Assembly: GCA_036676395.1 (NCBI GenBank)
Contig: JAKFCY010000002.1
Coordinates: forward strand, 2,400,001-2,464,000
Reading direction: 5' to 3'
From: Bdellovibrio sp.
GTDB lineage: Bacteria; Bdellovibrionota; Bdellovibrionia; Bdellovibrionales; Bdellovibrionaceae
Length of the DNA stretch: 64,000 nt
The notes beneath the pieces are model-generated. The model was not told where the DNA came from and did not search any database. It worked only from the letters and a program-made list of their open reading frames with translations. A program made the position numbers and the translations under genes. This document shows positions 61,004 to 64,000 of this stretch, piece by piece (the first letter of the stretch is position 1; each line of letters opens with the position of its first letter).

Positions 61004-61030
61004 GTATCGGCAGAAACCCCTTTGTCTTGA
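61004..61030 (-). promoter_or_regulatory. sigma28 (FliA) promoter
   Basis: TCAAG-N14-GCCGATAC. Confidence 0.78.
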
Positions 61031-61100
61031 ATTGGGTCAACGTCCAGTTTAATCCTTCAGTATCTGACTAAAGTATTAAACATTTAAGGCAACTAACCCG

Positions 61101-63632
61101 ATGAATGTACTGATGATTGTTCATCTCATGAACCTATTTTTATTCAAACGAATTGCAGCGGTACTTTTGTCGCTGTTGCTGTGTCAATCGACTTTTGCAC
61201 AATCAACTGAAAATCAACAAATGGTATTTGAAGGATCCCTTACTGACAACAGCGGCAATGCCATCGATTTACAAAGCCAGCAATTATTTTATTATATCAC
61301 TGCATTTGATAATTTGGCTCGCAAATGTATTCTTTACGCCGAGTCGTCGACAACGTCTGGAAACTCAGATGGCGACATTGTTCATCGCTACGGAAGCGGT
61401 AACGCCGTAGTCACGCCTGTATCTTATAATAACGTAGTTTCAAATTCTATTTTTAGCGGTGCGACTTCGGGTAAATTAGCTGATGGCTCGGGCAATAGTT
61501 GTTCGGTGGCGGCGGCAGCGACTCGTTACGTCGATGTGTATTCGGCAGTTCTTGATATAACAGGCTCAATCGTCATGGGATCAACGCCATATTCACAATT
61601 CGCAAATAATGCAAATTCATTAAATGGAAAATTAGATACTGATTTTATTTCAACTTCAAGTGTAAGTGGTGGAACAATAGGACAAGTGTTAAGCCGCGAT
61701 GGTGCCAATGGTTTTTCTTGGATAAATCTTCCAGCTTCAGGCGGCGGAACTTCTTCGATTGATTTAGGAACTGCTTCTGCTACAGGAACTTTAGCTTCGG
61801 CAAGACTACCTGATATAGTCAGCGCGGGAACTTACACAAAAGTAACTGTTGATTCTAAAGGGCGCGTGATATCTTCAGGTTCACTGGCTGCAACTGACAT
61901 CGTGACTGGCACTTTACCAATGGGCCGTGGTGGTACAGGCTTAGCAACTATGGGCGGTGCAAATCAATTACTTGCCATGAATAACTTCGGCACAGCTTTA
62001 GAATATAAAGCTATTGTTGGCGGCAATGGCCTAAGTGTCAGTACTGGATCAGGCGCAGTAAATGTTAATTTAAATTTACAAGCATCACATGTAGTTACCG
62101 CATTAGGTTACACACCTGCAAATTTAGCCGGTGATGATTTCACCGGAGATACAAACATCTTAGGAGATATGGGTGTTGGACATAATGCTCCGATTACCCG
62201 ATTAGATGTGGCTGGTTCAATCAGAATCGGCAATGGTGGTGAAACTTGTTCCGCCATATTTGCGGGTAGCTTTCGTTATAACAGCGGGTCTATGGAATTC
62301 TGTAATGGAGCTTCTTGGCAAGGACTGTCTATTATTGGTGGCGGGGCTTCACCAGTTGGGGCCGCAAGCGGAGATTTAACTGGCACCTATCCATCTCCAA
62401 CAATCGCTTCAGGCGCTGTGACGAGTGCAAAAATTCTTGATTCAACAATTACCGATGCAGATATTTCTAATACGACCATCACTGCAGCTAAATTAAATTT
62501 AGCCAATGGTGATATTGCACTCAGTAAAATTGGCAATCTAACAGGCTTCTTATCAGGTTCAGACACAACAGTTGTTGCTGCCGACAATGTGTTACAAGCA
62601 GTTAGCAAATTACAAGGTCAAATCAATTCTCGCTGGCAAACAATGAATTCAGATATGTATTTTAATACAGGTAACGTAACTATCGGCAGCAATACATTTC
62701 CATATCCCGGAACTAAACTTTTTGTGAAAAACACCAATGGCGGATCAAATCCTGTTTCAGTTTTAGAGCAATGGGATGATTCTGCTTACAATAGTGTACT
62801 TCCGGTCTTATCAATTTCACGTCGCTTACCATCTGGTTCGAATGTGCAAAGTGGTTTCGGATCATCGATGATATTTACGGCTGAAGACACGTCAAAAGCC
62901 ATGCAAGGACAAGCTATGATTGCCACGCAATGGGTGAATCCAGCGAATGGCTCTTCGCATGCTGGATTATTTATCGGAACTAAAGATTCTTCAGGTGGAA
63001 TGACAGCTAAACTTTATATCGATCAATCAGGGCTTTATGCTTCGAACAATATCGCAGTTAGTGGAAGTGTGCGCATGGGTAGCGATGGCAGCAACACGGC
63101 TCATGGTTGTTCTGGCCAAGAGGGAAAACAACGCTACAATTCAACATACAAGACGATGGAATTTTGCGATGGAGTAAACTGGCGCGGCTTAACTGGTGTT
63201 ACCTATTGTGATGGTGGTTATTCGATGGTCGGCACGGCCGGCACCCCGTCTGCCTTTTGTATGGATACAAATGTCGTATCTCCTCAGTCGTATGTAAATG
63301 CCAGCAATACATGTTTTAACCGCAACCCAAGCAGTGGATCTAAAGCAAAACTATGCACAACGATTCAATTAGATTTAGCTTGCGAAAGTTATAATTCAAT
63401 TTCACCGACTCTAACTAATTTAAATAATGGAATTTTTCACTGGACATCAAATTCAATTCCAGTAGGTGGTTCTGCGAACTATCCGAAAAATATTTATGTT
63501 TCTTATAGCTCAAGTAATTTATCGACTTGTCACATCGAACCTAACAATGGTGGCGTGCCAACATACAATGGACGCCAAACTGATGCTGATTATATTAACA
63601 ACTCTAAAAATTACCGCTGTTGTTATGAATAG
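61101..63632 (+). CDS. secreted fibre/adhesin with phage-tail-fibre-like repeats and C-terminal C-type-lectin/FGE-like head
   Basis: GTYTKVTVDSKGRV, GDLTGTYPSP, repeated RYNS..MEFC.G..W, terminal YRCCYE; likely start ATG 61128. Confidence 0.75.
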   Translation: MNVLMIVHLMNLFLFKRIAAVLLSLLLCQSTFAQSTENQQMVFEGSLTDNSGNAIDLQSQQLFYYITAFDNLARKCILYAESSTTSGNSDGDIVHRYGSGNAVVTPVSYNNVVSNSIFSGATSGKLADGSGNSCSVAAAATRYVDVYSAVLDITGSIVMGSTPYSQFANNANSLNGKLDTDFISTSSVSGGTIGQVLSRDGANGFSWINLPASGGGTSSIDLGTASATGTLASARLPDIVSAGTYTKVTVDSKGRVISSGSLAATDIVTGTLPMGRGGTGLATMGGANQLLAMNNFGTALEYKAIVGGNGLSVSTGSGAVNVNLNLQASHVVTALGYTPANLAGDDFTGDTNILGDMGVGHNAPITRLDVAGSIRIGNGGETCSAIFAGSFRYNSGSMEFCNGASWQGLSIIGGGASPVGAASGDLTGTYPSPTIASGAVTSAKILDSTITDADISNTTITAAKLNLANGDIALSKIGNLTGFLSGSDTTVVAADNVLQAVSKLQGQINSRWQTMNSDMYFNTGNVTIGSNTFPYPGTKLFVKNTNGGSNPVSVLEQWDDSAYNSVLPVLSISRRLPSGSNVQSGFGSSMIFTAEDTSKAMQGQAMIATQWVNPANGSSHAGLFIGTKDSSGGMTAKLYIDQSGLYASNNIAVSGSVRMGSDGSNTAHGCSGQEGKQRYNSTYKTMEFCDGVNWRGLTGVTYCDGGYSMVGTAGTPSAFCMDTNVVSPQSYVNASNTCFNRNPSSGSKAKLCTTIQLDLACESYNSISPTLTNLNNGIFHWTSNSIPVGGSANYPKNIYVSYSSSNLSTCHIEPNNGGVPTYNGRQTDADYINNSKNYRCCYE

Positions 63633-63643
63633 GTGAAATGAAT

Positions 63644-64000
63644 ATGAAAACATTGAACTTGAAATACATTTTACTTTCAACTTCGCTGCTAAGCTTAATG
63701 GCCTGTCAGCCTGGTGCACCCATCGTTACAGTACTTGGTGAAGTCAGCGGCTTTGAAGTGACTGAAACCACGCAAATTTTAAAAAGTAAAGATAGTAAAA
63801 GTATTTTTTATATTTCTGGAAAATGTTTTGGTGCGATCAAGGATGTTGAAGTCAGCTTTGATAACGGCGGAACTTATACTACGTTAGGTCAATATGCCGA
63901 AAGTTTTACGCAAAGTTGCGCCAGCAGCGGCACATTTTCTTATAAAATTAACCCGAACAACACCACAGCTTTTGATATTCCGGCAAACAGTTCTTACCGA
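63644..64000 (+). CDS. lipoprotein, truncated by the window end
   Basis: MKTLNLKYILLSTSLLSLMAC lipobox, open to the window end; absent from the ORF track. Confidence 0.7.
   Translation, partial: MKTLNLKYILLSTSLLSLMACQPGAPIVTVLGEVSGFEVTETTQILKSKDSKSIFYISGKCFGAIKDVEVSFDNGGTYTTLGQYAESFTQSCASSGTFSYKINPNNTTAFDIPANSSYR

Noticed and set aside
61077..61104. TAAAC-N15-CCCGATGA as a sigma28 promoter for the fibre gene
   Set aside because: Mismatches in both boxes; plausible but unsupported
63230..63632. DGR target (C-type lectin head)
   Set aside because: No template repeat or reverse transcriptase within the window
61101..64000. Prophage
   Set aside because: The fibre has a Sec signal and there are no capsid, terminase or integrase genes

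Overview
AT-rich bacterial chromosomal window. Gene content suggests a predatory Bdellovibrionota (inference from the Agl/Glt gliding operon, orphan TadA, fibre protein and many secreted hypotheticals). Core genes are an M3 peptidase, nadK-recN, cheX, ftsQ-ftsA-ftsZ-lpxH, apt, rpoN-lptB-lptC/A, kdsC/kdsD/pyrG/kdsB/engB, polA, ftsB, eno and dsbA. A full Agl-Glt operon sits between kdsC and lptC. The most interesting parts are: (1) an exported cassette (two Nuc-like PLD proteins, a lipoprotein and a 659-aa protein with R-S-E ADP-ribosyltransferase-like motifs) that abuts ftsQ, beside a divergent SleB-like hydrolase; (2) a RAYT/Y1 HUH transposase bounded by perfect 29-bp GTAG-containing inverted repeats, with a symmetrical loss of T-ending codons in both flanking genes; (3) a sigma28-driven FecR / FN3-beta-barrel / adenylate cyclase operon; (4) several sigma54 promoters spaced to give near-leaderless mRNAs. 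No rRNA, tRNA or CRISPR array was seen.
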